The notes beneath the pieces were generated by a model. It was given only the letters and a program-made list of their open reading frames with translations, ran no database searches and was not told the DNA's origin. Source: Ruditapes philippinarum (Eukaryota). Taken from it: a DNA stretch of 64,000 nucleotides. Shown here one piece after another: positions 22,831-37,090 of this stretch. The position numbers and the translations under genes are program-made. The first letter of the stretch is position 1, and every line of letters starts with the position of its first letter. The stretch is taken from the NCBI RefSeq assembly GCF_026571515.1, contig NW_026854357.1:1-64000 (forward strand). Reading direction: 5' to 3'.

Positions 22831-23399
22831 CATATATTTTAAATCATTTGAAAGATAATAACAATCGGTACAATATAAGAAACCAAAAGTACCAATGGCA
22901 CACGCAGCCAACAACTAATCAGCTGGCTTTACCACAATGTTGTGATATTCTCCTCACGGAATTTAACATGAATCGCCTTCAACATCCTGGACCACTGTTC
23001 ATTAAATGGACCAGGATCAATATAAATGTTTATAAAAAGTATCTTTCGTTTACTAATTTACTAATAGCATCTCAAATTTTACATGAATTAATAATTAAAT
23101 TTAAAACGGATAATTTACTTTACAATATATGCGCAATTTATATTTGATCCAAATATTGAGGATGATCTGATCCAGATTTTATACTTTTATTCTTATATGT
23201 TTATTCAAACATTTAATCCTTTTCAAACGAGCAGTTTTGTTTCATTCTGGTACAAGTCCCGTACATAATCTTACAGACGAGGAATGAAATACATATCAGG
23301 TTCGCAATTTTTAACTTTGTCACAAAAACGACTAACCAACACTAGTCCATCGCCTGTTTGCTCAGAGAAAAATGAATATTTGTATCGTTGGTATGCAAA

Positions 23400-25400
23400 T
23401 AGTAATTATATCTACAAATGGTTACCGATTGATGTACTTTGTTTAAATTAAAATCAGGTAAAATGAGTTATTGGAGAATAAAATGTTTTAGATATTGACA
23501 TCATGAATTTTGCAAGATTTGAAGAATATTTGACATTCGTCTGCAACATAAATCACATTTAACCAATTTAGTTTTAATTTTGTTCGCTAATTTGCCTTGC
23601 AAATTTCCGCCTATTTGCAAATAAATCAAAAGCCTTAAATGGGCTTCCGGTACACACTACCGGCGTTTACTGTCTTTCTGTAAATAACGTTAATTATTGA
23701 AAAAGCATGGACGTAGAATGTTTCTGTAATTATTTTGTTACTTACAGTGAAAGACAACAAATGAGGGTAATATTTTATTGTCGTCTACAACGACAAGCTA
23801 AGCGTAATAAACTAAAAGTACATTCTGAATGTGGTGCTGTGTTTCTCTTATCTAATAACACTGCAGGGATTTCGAGGTATTTCTTTGTTTTTCAGAGATT
23901 TTATGAATATGCAAATCTTACTGTTCAAACAATAAAAAAACGATCATTGTAAACGCGTTTACTTTCACTTACCAAAATTAAATTGCAACGTATCTGTACC
24001 GTCACCACGGCATTGCGTATTAGTAGTGTTAAGCATTTCTACACAAATCAGGTGTCCGTACTTTATCCTTGGCTAAATGTTCCCATGCACACACTGAAAT
24101 TGTCAGACTTGAGCGACCAGTACTAGTTGAAAAGGTACCTCGATACTACATATCTCAACAATGTTTTATAAATTTTGAATTTAAATTGAGAAGTACATTT
24201 TACACTTTATCTTAAAATGGAAATGATTGAAATAAGTTTATTCTCTTGTATGAAATCAATATGTGTTAGAAATTTGCTTAATATTTTGATATTGTAAGTA
24301 AAACTACCAAACATGTTTTTCCTTAATAGTCTGTAAGTACGTAATGCAATTCTCTGCACGTTTTTTTCTACATCTGAGAAAGGGGCGTCCGTGGTTAATG
24401 TCGTTGACTTAAAACCACTTGCCCCTCACCGCTGTGGGTTCGAATCCGACAGTTAATTTTGATTGTTTCATGTGAGGAAGCTATTAATCTAGCTAACGTT
24501 CGGAACGTCGGTGGTTCTACTCACGTGCCTGTTCGTGACTGAAATTATGCACGGACGGCCATCCGAGGTTCAAGTGAAGCTGGAACGTCGCCATATGACA
24601 TATACTGTGTCAGTGTGACGTGAAACCCAACCAAGCAAATAACATTATAATGTCTACAGCAATTTTGATACACTGTTTTATTTTTTTAACAAAAGTATAT
24701 ATACTTAAGTGGTTTAATTGACAGGTAATACACTGGTCTTGGTTGTTCGAATATGAAATAAATATTAAAAATCATAACGAAATAAGGATCAAGGCAAAAA
24801 ATACTATGTTAAGTTAGTTGATTCTATGATTTGAAAGAAAACCAATTTTTATTACAAACTTTGATAAAGTTCAAAGAGTCATCTTAAGCTCTTGTCAGGT
24901 GTTTTCTATGAGGAATTTAGTATCAAGGGTAATGAGAAAGTAATGTATATATAATTATGCCAAACGTATTTTTGATGAGAAGTTAAGGGACGGTGTCAAA
25001 CAAGACAATGTCATTGAACCTTCAGACTAATGATGTTGTAAATTCCCTGTAATTTTGAAGGCTTTTATAGTACGAAAATATTGTTTTTTTCAAATGACGT
25101 TGATAATTATAAAATACTCGTATATGAAGTCATGTCTGTAAGCAATATCCTCAATGATGTCATCAGAACATCCAGTTACCAGCAATAATATGCATGTTAT
25201 TCCATTGTGTGACTTATGCATGGTAAAGGGGTCATTTTTATTGTATGCTCTGTATATTTATATTAATTTATGTTTTATGATTCTATAGCGATTACACCCA
25301 GTATCTTTATTTGCAGCCAAACAGTGTGCATTAATAAATTTCAAAGGTCTTTTTATAATTTCAATACATTGATCGCAAGAACTGCGCCGTAAAAGGTACC
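23400..25400 (-). pseudogene. Toll-like-receptor-like (LRR...TIR) pseudogene, heavily decayed
   Basis: LRR-like HKSHNGITCI / LMTSLRILL / IFSYYKSLQ at 25050-25230. TIR-like VVCTG / EAHLRLLIYL at 23615-23665, paralogous to the 25940 and 62975 segments. Ends approximate. Confidence 0.45.
24382..24642 (+). mobile_element. tRNA-derived SINE, family 1 (near full length)
   Basis: A-box-like GTGGTTAA, B-box GGTTCGAATCC, body ATGTGAGGAAGCTA...GTCGGTGGTTCTAC, and A-rich CAAA tail. Other copies occur in the window. Confidence 0.85.
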
Positions 25401-25789
25401 AAAATGTAACCACTTCCATACAAATGACTAAAATAGAGAAAATAAGAATAAGTATCTATAATGATACCAATTGCCAAGTGAACTAAAGATGCAAAAGATA
25501 TTTCATGAGTATGTTTCTGAAAGCCATAACAGTATACCCAAAAAGACTGTTTTTTGAAAAAAGAAAGGATAGCATTAATGATGTATAATGGGTCGTTTAA
25601 TGCTCATTCGGTATGTTACTCCAAACATGTTGTATTTGAAGTTTTTTTTTAACTCCTAGAGATAACTATAGCTATCAAATTATTGTTATGTTTATATAAA
25701 CATGTTCACAACCAATTACTTCTTCAAATAAAGAGTGCTTGATGTATTTAAATATGTGAACCTGAACGTTCATTTAGTTTCATCTTACT

Positions 25790-27780
25790 AATAGGCAAAT
25801 TGTGAAGCAGTGTAAATATTTGACATTTGCCTGAACACAAATGTTACAATAAAGCAGTCTGAAGCGAACATTTAATCTCTAATATTGATTTGCCAATTAC
25901 TGCATTTTGTTTGTAGATATATCAAAAGCTTATAATAAACTTCCGGTACACACTACCGACGTTAATTGTTGGTAGGTCATTTCAAATTGGTTTTCACCTT
26001 TAATTGTTTGCAATAGGAAATACGACTTTTATATGTTAATGTCAGACAGGATATACAAACAAAGCTTCATTAGACAATACTGATAAATTGCGTGCAGTTT
26101 CCTGGGATTTTTTTTGTAATAGAGATATGAGATTTTACAGAATTGTTCGTCTTGCTTTCTTGGTTTATTACTCCGTACTTAATATAAAAGACATGATTTT
26201 ATTTTTTGTACTGATACGGCAATATTATCTATTGGTAAAAGGAAAGTTCACAAATGTCTATGTATATTCTTTGTAAGAGGTTAATGTAAGACAATGTAAG
26301 ACCGTGTCGTTTGCGAGATATATGTCTCACTAAACTATGATTTTGTAAAAACAAACATTGTACTCTCGTGTGCTATAAATAAGACTACGGAAGTAAACAA
26401 TGTCTCTGATTCAAATAGATTGTCAAAATATTTTAATAATGTGGTGTGATAAACATGTACAAACAAGCTTTACAAACTTATTAATTATCTAACAATTTTT
26501 CAAAAACTGATATTTTTTTTTATAAATGTGTACCTGTATAAGTCGAACACGATAACGTTTACATTAATCGGTCCATTATGATATAATGGGTTGTGCAAGT
26601 TATTCATGCAGTTATTAAATTTTGCATTTTATTGCAATTCAGAATAATAAAAGTGGATATGGACACGTAAATCCGAATAGCGTAGTGGTTAGACTTCGGG
26701 TTAAGAAAAGGTCATGTTAAGAAAATCTTCTCTTTTTTTTCGAGTTTACATCTACAATTGTGCAACATATTTTTCTGTCTATGGTTTTATCTTTCAGAAA
26801 ACATTTTCATATTATCCTGATTTATTATGGTTTAGAAAAATTGAATGTATTTGATTTTATCAGTCATTCAACATATTAAATAGTATTGTCAATTTAATTC
26901 TATTTAAAACTCTGAATTCAGTTTGCTACACTTTTTAACAATTTCGGCTCAATTGTATATCTATATATTTAATTTTCTTCCATTTCTCATTAATCACTCT
27001 AATCACGACGGTATTGCCTCTAACTTAACCTGTTAAAAGCGAAGGAGTGTACAACTAAATGTTCTCAAAAAGGATTGTGTGAAATCAATTCACAATCAAC
27101 TAAAATGCGGTTCGTTGAAATATATTTTAGAACAAAAATATAAGAACGGAAAAATGCCTTTTCCAGGAATCGAACCAGGGTCTCTACACTGACGAAGCAA
27201 ACACACTACGACTATGCTATTACGCTTAACGGATAAAAAATGAGTAATTGTTTAGTTGGTTAAATATTTCAGCGATAAATAGTATGCTTTCATATAAGAA
27301 TTATAGACACCCCTATTTGTCAATATTGATGTAAACAAATAATGAATTTGTGCTGTATAAACGTCTCTTCTGAAAATGAACAGTGATGGCATGGCCGAGT
27401 GGTTTACGCACCGAATCAGTTATGTAAGATTTGTTAAACAACATCGTCAGGGGCTAGTCGTTGTGTCCTACAAGAAACTATACACACATTGACTTGTATC
27501 GGTCGGTTCCAAAAACGTATACGCGCATGTGTCTGTCTATAAGGTCATAGCTTCTTACACAAGTGCTAATTTAGAACAGAATATGTATCAGCTAAACACA
27601 AACATAAAAGTTCACAACAGTATTGTTGTAAACACAAATACAATCATTGCGTTGAACATATGCTGGGCGTACTGCAGAAGATGTATTTGAAAAGTGTGAA
27701 GCAATAAAGTGTTTCTAAACTCTGTAACAGTTTTTAACGAATACGTAAACACAGTTGTTTTACTTTTAACCTAAATTCGC
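25790..27780 (+). repeat. Segmental paralogue of 62835-64000
   Basis: 25790-26540 aligns with 62835-63600, and 27358-27780 with 63714-64000. Shared anchors include GTTAATGTCAGACAGGATATACAAACAAAGC, AATGTAAGACAATGTAAGACCGTGTCGT and CCTAAATTCG. Confidence 0.9.
27383..27580 (+). mobile_element. CORE-type tRNA SINE, degenerate
   Basis: TGGCCGAGTGGTT A-box and CAAGAAACTATACAC core. Matches the reverse complement of 54121-54321. Confidence 0.7.
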
Positions 27781-28454
27781 CTACACCTGTACCTGTTTAA
27801 CAGTAAAAATGCGGTAATTCTATCCGCAAGACTCCCTTTGTGTCTGCCCTTTGTGCCTGCTTTGTAAGGTCACGTGACCATCTCTGAAGTTAAATGAACC
27901 GTGCATGTAAAAAATGAACATGAAATCGTTTTAAAGAGTGTTAGATATTATTTTATACATCATGTTACCCTGAGCGGAGGTTAACATCGAGCATTGACAC
28001 TGTACTAGGCCGTCCTGGTACAGACACTTTATTGGTGTTAAATAATGAGTAATGAACAGCCTGTCTGGAACAGGTCAACATTACTTTTTGTTAAACCCGC
28101 CTGCAGCATACCAATTGCCTGAGTTTAAGTTCCTTTTATTTTATCTTAAAGAGCGAAGATAATTATTGGAAGCCGACAGAGTCTACTTTCAAACTGAAGC
28201 TTTTCAAATTTGTTCTTGATAAAGCATGACCTAATTTCATTATAATCGTAATCGCAATATTGTACAAATGGCAATCTGATTAAAGTTCAGAATATGTTTT
28301 CCCTTCATTGTGGTTCGGGCTATATTTTAATGGGTAAGATTTTTTGCCAGATAACCTTACCTGCAGGGTATGTGGAAACATTATAGTATATGGATGCCGT
28401 TTTTGTTCTCTCGAAATCATGAAAAGTACCCACTAAGTATTGGTTTCCCATCGA

Positions 28455-28563
28455 CAATCGCACCTAAGTAGAGCCTTTGACGTTACCTATGCTGACGGGT
28501 TCGAAGCCACGACATTAAGGGTCAAGTGGTTTGATGTAAACGACGTTAACAATTTGGACGCTC
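28455..28563 (-). mobile_element. 5' head fragment of SINE family 1
   Basis: Reverse complement GTTAACGTCGTTTACATCAAACCACTTGACCCTT...GCTTCGAACCC matches 24393-24448. Confidence 0.6.
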
Positions 28564-28687
28564 TCAAGTTCATTTTTAATTCGTTTACTTTAGAAAATAC
28601 ATACGAAACCCTATATCAAGAAATTCACAACGGCCAATATACAATGATTAAAACTGTGTCAACAATTTGGACCAAGCGTCCAAACTG

Positions 28688-28815
28688 ATAAAATATGATA
28701 AACAAGATCAAAAAGGAAAGGCGACGTTCAATGAAATCAACCCCAAAACGACCCAGCAACAAGAACCAGTGGCAAGGAGCACTAAAGGACAAAAAACAAA
28801 ACAAAAGGACAGGGC
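28688..28815 (+). repeat. Dispersed monomer related to the 292-bp satellite
   Basis: ATAAAATATGATAAACAAGATCAA..GGAAAGGCG.CGTTCA...CCAGCAACAAGAACCAGTGGCAAG is shared with the 37477-39090 unit. Confidence 0.85.
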
Positions 28816-30599
28816 GAACATGTTCTGAATCACCTGAATTATAATCTAACGAAAGAAATATATAGATATTCTAATTGCAAAATATTGAAATTATAAACAA
28901 CCCTAATTTATATCATTTGAGAAACAGTGTTTCAAACAGCATATAACCGTTGTTGTAATAAATGATTATTCTGACAATTTAGTGTAAAGTGCTTTTGTGT
29001 TGTCCTGCTGCTTTAAATATGTTTCAGTGACAGGACAATTGCCGTCTATTTCAAGCAAATTGTAACTCCTTTCATAGACTTCCGTTACACTCAAATGTCA
29101 CCTGCCGTCAGGGTAAAAGCAAATTTTCCGATTGACTTCTTGCAATTTTATTTATTGCTCTTTATTGGCAAACAGTTTTGTATGGTCACTTTTGACAAGA
29201 AAACGTTTTTCCAAGTTTAGTTCAGAACAGGGTATCATTTATCTTACTTACAAAAGGTAAAAGAGGTTGATGCATTGTTATGGCGGACACTAATTGATTA
29301 ATTTCTCAATTAAAATGCAATTTATTTGTCTAAACTTTATTGTATAACTACATGTATAATAAATAACAGCTACTAGAATAGTAGGTGTAAATAATGTGAG
29401 CATATTCGTAACCGAATTACATATCGTACATTACATATGTTAAGGTGATTCTGCTTTGTCAGTCATATTTGTTTTCACTAAGTTGTTCCAAAGTGAAAGT
29501 AGGCCAGAGTTCATACAACAACAAAGCTCACAATGTAAAATGATTGACCATTTGAAAATACACTTTCATGTCTATGTTTTAAAGATTATTATAAACAAAT
29601 TAAAAATGGTAGCAAATGCTGCAAAAATAGCATTTGTCTGCACTAAAATAGACTATCAACTGGATTTTGCCATTCGTGAACAACAGATTGTACTTGGTCT
29701 TCAGAAATTTAACATATTCAAGATAAATTGTTTTATTCTTGTTAGCAAGTTTTTTTACTCTGCAATAAATATTTATCATAGTCTGCGAAACTGAACAGTT
29801 ACGTTTTATTTGTATTTAATTAATGACGGTAGAGGGGGCTATCAAAGATAATCTATTGGAACCAAAAAACAAAAACAAAAAAACGTATACACCTTATAGT
29901 GACACAATATCTTATTCAAAATATAGCATACATCTTATGTGGAGTTGTTATATTTTTTACAATGCTCCTGGGAGGATGTATAATCAAATGATGAAAATAC
30001 TGTCATTGAATTTCACATCGTACTGTCTGAAACCAGCTTAAAAAATGGTCACGTAATGAAATAAGCTTTGTTACGTTATCCATCACCTCGAACAAATGAC
30101 ATTTTAAACTTTCGCTGGCAGCATCTTCAGTGATGAAGTGTATATACCACTCGTTTTTCATCTTTTTTCCCCAAAGTTTATCCCTCTACCAAAGTAACAC
30201 AATGACGTAAGTGTATATTATTATAATTAAGTAAATTTCTTGAATGAAATTAAAAACATGTAATTTCCTTTGCTGCATTTGAAATTTAAATATGTATACG
30301 TGTAGAAGCACACATTCTTTAGCACATCTTTTAAACACATTTTCTTTCATATTTATGTAAGCTTTGGTTTCGGTTATAATTATGAACGACTTAAACAAAG
30401 TTCGAAAACCACTGTCTTTATCTTGTTTAAACTTGTGTGTTATTCCACAGTTGTTAAAGAGGCAAACCTCGGTATTACTTCAATTATTAAACTATTCAAC
30501 TAGCTAAACTAATAGTCTAAGAGGACAATATTTATTTATGGAAATACACTGTAGTACTTTAAAATAGTCATCATTGTAGGATTAATCGACGTTTCACAC

Positions 30600-31397
30600 A
30601 CTTTAACTTTTGATTAATTTAAGACCAAGATAACTCAATATTATACGGATAATTGGAAAACTGACATACAAAGAGTACCGAAATGACGAACCTATGTTAC
30701 CGTTAAGAACAGTTTTATAACAGAAAAATATGTACAGTTAAATTTGAATAAAATGAAAGATCAATGTTATCTCAATTTAGGTGTGGCATTCTCCCGTTAA
30801 GGATTGAAACTGGACGTTATATCAGTTAAACACCAGAGTAGAGAATTTGTTTGTTTTGTACCGATAATAAATAGAAGATGAAAAGCACTTTTAGTCCAAT
30901 GTTCCTTTTACAACAACATCAGAGTAGACATTTTAGTGAACAATTTATGAATTCAGATTCTATGAACATGAACGATGATATCAATTGAAAATGAAATATC
31001 TTGTTGTAAGTTTTCCACGAAAGATAGCTGAATACCTTGCTAATGTTTATCTAAAAAGAAAGAAATCTTTGTTTGATCGTTGAAATATTTTAGTTTTTAA
31101 CAAAAGATTAAAGTGATCTTTTTCCCGAACAGCATAATATAGAAATTCTATTGAAAATTTAATGCAATATAGATATGTACATTGTTTTGTATATGTACAT
31201 TGTTATGTGACATACACGACTATTTATCCTGAAAATGTACAGTTTAATAATTTCATGTGAACTATTTATAATGTATATATGTTTCAGGTGACTTATTGGT
31301 CCATTGGGCCCGGTGTTATGTTAAATTATTTAATTTCGTTATTTGTAAATGGTCATACACATGTCACTATAATATGATATTTACTTACTTACTAACT
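30600..31397 (+). mobile_element. Non-LTR retrotransposon 3' fragment (RTE-X-like C-terminus + 3' UTR)
   Basis: WKTDIQRVPK*RTYVTVK...EKYV / RSMLSQFRCGILPLRIETGRY...RICLFC...IEDEKHF (CCHC region). Ends in a (TTAC)n tail. Confidence 0.85.
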
Positions 31398-31399
31398 TA

Positions 31400-31600
31400 T
31401 AACAGCTTTGCCGGCCGAGGAAGACTTCAGGCGCGCATCCGTGCATTATTTCAGGCACGGACCGACACCTGATAAGTACGACCGGCACTCCGTAACCTAG
31501 GTGGATAGCTTCCTCACATAAATGAATCCATAGACCTGGCGGTGAGGGAAAGTTGTTAGAAGTCAACGACATTTACCATCAGTCGGCCACTGACGCACTT
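31400..31600 (-). mobile_element. tRNA-derived SINE, family 1
   Basis: Reverse complement aligns to 24382-24600 (ATGTGAGGAAGCTATCCA...GAAATAATGCACGGA). Confidence 0.8.
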
Positions 31601-32599
31601 AGCGGTAAAGACAAGTGATTATTAGTCAATTGTCATTATCAATTTTCCTCATGAATATGGTATTATCTCAGTGACTAAAATTAAGTAATATTAAAACTTA
31701 AAACATGTCGCAATAACAATAATGTTTAAGTAAAGGAAGCAAAAGGTATTTAAGCAAATCAATAAAATGTGTGTTTCATGTACATTGCTCTATGTTCTAA
31801 TTTTAAGATAACTAAATGTAAGGTCAAAATGCGAAGTCTAGACACATTTTGTAATTATTGTTACAGGTTATTCGTAATTTGTGTTAAAACCCGTCATTTA
31901 ATCTAAGCAAAACCCTTGCAATGGCTATTGAACTCTGTAATGGTTCTCAGCGGTGTCCAACATCGGTGTATTTATTACAATTAGACATTCCAATAATCTG
32001 TTTTTCGCACAATACTAATTTAAACCTACTTGTCCTGAAATGAAGACATAAAAACTAACATTTTGGATAACTAAGTACGTGTTAAATGTCTGTGTTTAAA
32101 TTTTTCTAGAATTTGACTAAAGTTAAGCTCAGACAATATGATGGCGGAAAGAAATTGATTAGTAAATAAGATTCACTATATTGATTTGCAACTATCCTTA
32201 CAACTTGGTTCTAAAATAATTTGAAAACAATTAATGCTTTAAAATATCACAATATATTTTTTCAGAATGTTAACGAAAGATTTGACCTTAATCTCACACT
32301 TTACACTTTAACTAGGTGTATCTAAGTGTTAAATTTCAATTTTCTAGATTGATGTAGTTTACTAAGTTTTTTGCACATTTTTATGGCGAGATGTATCGAC
32401 ATCGTTTGACTGACATCATTTTGTTTTACCATATATTTTCTTACGCCAGTATTTCTTGGCAATGCGAATAGAGTACTCAGTTTCAGTATAATTTATTTGT
32501 TATATTCAAAGACAAAATGACCTTTCTAAATAAATCAAATGTTTTAAAGTAAATAAAGCTTTATGCGATCAAATATTTCATAAAACTTTATAAACAGTA

Positions 32600-34900
32600 A
32601 TATTATTGTATTTCATAAACCTTTGGTTGTTTTTTGAAATACGTGTAAAATAGAATATCTAAGTTATACATGTATAATAAATACAACATGTATTGTACAT
32701 TTATGTAAACAGAATGGAATATGCCGAAACTAGGTAATATGATGATTTTTACGAATGCAAGACACGATTTCAATAATGTATACTCAGTCTGACAAAGTTC
32801 TTTCATTCTATGTATTTTGTAGTCATTTAAATCACAATATTAACCAACAGGCAGCACAAATATTAGAGCTGTATACACTTAAATGCTGTTGCGAGTATGA
32901 AATTAGTTTTAACAAGGACAGACTGATTGAATTACTGTGATCGAATTCCACATACTACAGTCTGCGACTCTGATCTTTGACTTTTCACTTAATTAAACTA
33001 ACCTTCATACACTTATATTACATCATCGATCATAAAGAAGAATGCTATCTAACTATCACTGAGTACATCTTAATTGATGAAGTGTCTTTACAGTTCCGTT
33101 TTTCTACGTATTCACCTTCATTTGCTTCTGTGCTATAACCAAATTAAACAATATTGCATACTATGTTAAGCCGTCACTACATGTCCCTTAAGAAAAACAA
33201 AGCCTGCATTGTCTTCGTATCGTTGGATTTTTTATTCAATTCATGTGAATTAATTATTACATACTTAAAACAAACCTGTTATGTCATTGATTGGAATTAC
33301 TATGTATGCTTTAAAAAGCAAATGTCATATTCTATAATGGACTCAAAGAAATTGCTAACATAAACATTTAATGTTATTACAAATATAAAATTATTGTAAT
33401 TGGTAAGAAAACTGAGTGTTTTATAAGTTTATATTTCTGCGTATTTCTTTGAAATTTACATAAAATTCAGTAAGTTGCTTCAAGGTTGAATGCCTATAGC
33501 GCTTTCCCAAGTTCGAAATCATCGTGAAAATTCCTGCCGTTGGAAAATACCCAACCGAGGTAAAATATTTTGCGTGTAATACAATGAAATTGATCGACGA
33601 ACAATACATTTCTCTACACTATAGAAGCAATAACATAGTGTTTACTTTTTCTACTAAATGCTGTATTCAGTATTTAGCTTGCAACTATTTGAATATTTTG
33701 ACAAAATCTTAGGATTACAATTATTATTTGATGTTAAATGTTTAACGTTAAGAAAACAACATGATGGCTTTTGATTTTTTCTATAGGAACTCGCTATGGC
33801 AAGTGCACTAATTTTCAATTTTTTCAAAGTATTTCCGACTGATGGACTTGACATTTATAAGAAATTGTTGTCCATTCTTTGTAAGTAATTTGGAATATAT
33901 TCATTTAATGATATGTCACATAACATATTTATATGTCCTTATATTCTTGCAAATGTTCTGCTGTAGTTCCCTTGTCATTTTTGAAGGTATTTTTTGTCAC
34001 TGGCGGTATGTCTCTGAATAATTTTAATATCGATTTAAAGGAAATGTTAATGTTCGTGTTATATTTGAGAAACGGAGTAAAATGTATTCATGTAAAAATA
34101 GTAAGTATCTCGCGGTTTGTCACACTACTTAATATATTAGTATTTTCTTTATACAATAATATTTCGCAAATATCAATTATCTTTATCGCATCAGTATGTA
34201 CGGTCTTTAGGCGAACCCTAAAAAAAGTTCGTGTTTCAAAAAACTAGATTGCTGTTACAGTAGATAATTCGTTTCATTTTAAATTCTTGCTGGAAAGCAC
34301 AAGAAAAACATTTTTCAATGGCTTTCTAATGTGATATTGTTCTTACATAATGGTTCCCAGTGGTGTCTTTAATCGATGCATTTATCTCATTTAGACTCTC
34401 CAGAAACATTGGTATATTAATGAGACCAATTTGTACGTCTGAAGTATGTACTTGTCTCAACATTTAGCTTTAAACCTGAGCATCAAACTTCTGTCACAGT
34501 GGTTGTTTACAATGTGAAAATTTGACAACTTTCAATAATTGCATAAAATGTAAATGGAATAATAAAATCCATGCACACATTTCGTAAACAAGAGCATTTA
34601 TTTTGGAACATGGTTTGACTTAGCTTCAAAGTGTAAAATCCTAACAATAGAGGCAGATTGTTCAATGATTTCTTTACGTGATCAAACTATCTATGTTAGT
34701 GATGGCATAAACTTCATATCCAGCAGCGTAATGATATAAAAACCATCAGTTTAGTTCCGAAGGAGCAATATGACCTTTCACTAAAATGCGAAAATATCAT
34801 TAAGCTTATATCAGTAACTAGAACAAATGTTGTTGTTTTTTTTCCCTGATAAAGTTGTAAAAATAGAAGATCACAGCACGCCTTATCATCAATCAGACAA
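32600..34900 (-). pseudogene. Toll-like-receptor-like pseudogene, internally deleted
   Basis: Long near-open minus frame with LRR-like DISLNEYIPNYL...NTLKKLKIS...VKHLTSNNNC. TIR-like YCSSINFIV/ILPRL and FHDDFELGKAL at 33495-33610. Ends approximate. Confidence 0.45.
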
Positions 34901-36904
34901 GTCTACATTAAAAAACAATTTTCTCAATCTATATTTGATATATATGCATAAAATATGTGTTATATATTCCTTTACTCAGCGGGATTATTTAACGTGGTCT
35001 GTTTCAATGAAAAATTTCTGGTTACGTCATATAAGTTCAAGCACGATCGGTTTTGTTTATTCAATATTTCCCGTATCACAATATACAACACAAAATTGTA
35101 CTGCTTTTCAATTGTCTCACTTTAGATAAACACAAATCAAATGACAATAATTTGCATCTTTCAATATAAATGTAAATGACTGTATTAATTATAAGAAGAG
35201 TTTCTGACCTAGCTCAACGAATTGTTTAATATGTTTTACTGTCATTGTAACTTTAATAGATTAACATATCATTGTATATTTTTCTGAACGGTTATGCAGC
35301 CGTTGTTGAGTAGTGTTTATCCTCATTGCAGAGAAATTAGTCGCGGTAAAATCATATTTTAGTCACCATTATAACAGTCAATGAAATGTATTTGACAACT
35401 CCAAATAGTAAAATATTCGATGCATATCCTTATATATTGAAGATGAACGCACATGTTCGAAAATAAATTTAAGCAAAGGAACGTTATTTAAAAACATTAC
35501 ATATTGTTAAAATTAACAAGCGATTGTGTTAAGTAAGCAAAGGCCAATATTATATATTTCTTGTAATTCTATGGCGTGTTTCAGTTTCGTTTTACACTTA
35601 AATCATGCATGATTATCTGCGAAATTTAATTTAAAAAAATTGTTTAATAGTATAATTATTTTTAGAAATAGTGTTGAAGATTGAATACCGCTCAAAGCGA
35701 TGCTGGGGCGTTAGAGATGGTGCGTCTTTCATGTAATCGGATCTGTAATTTGTACAGTTTTATTTTGTCGTCATTGCGCTCTACAAACCTCCCAAATTCC
35801 AGATTTGTCATAATTTTATTTGTTAGAAATGTGTTAATCCACAATGTAATTTATAAAGCTCTTAAGGCGTCTTAGCACATTTGTTGGTTTACAGTATCTG
35901 TAAAGTTAATGGGAAAGAGAAAAATTTCGTGTTATATATAATTTGACATGACTGTATTAAATGTATAATTGTTTATACCAATAAGCGGTGTTTTATATAC
36001 ATAATAAACCAGTGAAACAACGATCGATATTTATGTATTTTTTCTTATTCATATCTATTTTCAACATTTTTGAAGTTATGGTTGTCCTTTCTGTTTTTAA
36101 TATATGTTTTGCAATTTTTTTTATACTTTTGTATATTAAATTGTTCAAGAATTAATATTCAAACTATTGTTCAAGAATTAATATTCAAACTTCATTCGGA
36201 ATAAATTCAATAAATGTCATTTTAATGCCGTAAAATACAATACAAAACGTGACAATTCAATGTTTCCTTGTTGTTTCATATCCGTGTAGACAATTTTGCA
36301 AACGCTTGACAATTTTCATTAAAATATACTTAAACGTAAAGAAAGAATAAGCTTAAAAAGAATGTCAAAAGAAGGGATCGAACCTCAGACCTGACATACA
36401 TTAGGTAATCACTTAACCGACTGTGCTATTGCGGGTGTTACGAGAACCTACATTAAGCTAGTAGGAGTTTTCCAAACGTTAATTATATTCTCCATATTAA
36501 TTCCTGTAAAATAAACGGACAAAACCGAAAGTGGATCGACTATTTAAATGAGCACTTAAATATATTCATAATTGACAGGTCAACAGAATCAGACTATTCA
36601 TCAATATCGAACACTAAATATGGGATGTATTTTGGAAGACTTTAAATAACTGTGTTTTATCTTTTATCTGTCCATTCCAGTTATAAATGCAGCAACATTG
36701 AAAAATACTAACAACAAGAACAACAAAATATATGCAGTAATTATGAGTGCAGACACAATATTTTACTCATTCATTATTGATATTATATGGCAGACATGCC
36801 ATTAACTAAACATTCCTCGCAATAATAAGTATTTTGATTAAAAAGCAGGTTACAGAAATTAAATAAAAACAAACATTGTATCTGCTTGTCACAAAAAGCA
36901 ATAT

Positions 36905-37090
36905 TGTTTGTTTGTTTCATTTTACGCCTTTTCCCAACAGTATTTCAGTCATATAGGCGGGTAGTTTCCTAACCATCGTTCCTGGAGAGTTACACAAGTA
37001 CTAGATTATTTTCCTCCGCGTTAAACTACCAAACCAAAGCATCTCTCGGGGATCGAACCAACGCCAGAGAGGTAACTGGATTAGAAGTCA
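36905..37090 (-). mobile_element. tRNA-derived SINE, probably Meta-domain type
   Basis: Minus strand shows B-box GGTTCGATCCCC, then TAGTACTTG...CCAGGAAC..TGGTTAGG, tail TGACTGAAATACTGTTG..AAAGGCGT and (AAAC)n. Confidence 0.7.

Larger units (their letters stand above)
25600..30500 (-). pseudogene. Toll-like-receptor-like pseudogene, heavily decayed
   Basis: LRR-like pieces TKLISLRDHF (30030-30070), LYILPGAL (29960) and LSASNNYLRSL (28150-28180). TIR-like KVVFPIA...VVCTG/EVYYKLLIYL...VIGKS at 25880-26030. Ends approximate. Confidence 0.45.

Noticed and set aside
22785-23147. 120-aa ORF
   Set aside because: It starts within a SINE tail at a non-ATG codon, has AT-rich random composition and shows no domain.
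24382-24450. tRNA genes here and at 27160, 36372 and 54250
   Set aside because: A/B boxes are present but no convincing cloverleaf forms. The 24382 and 54250 copies run into SINE bodies; the other two look like isolated degenerate heads.
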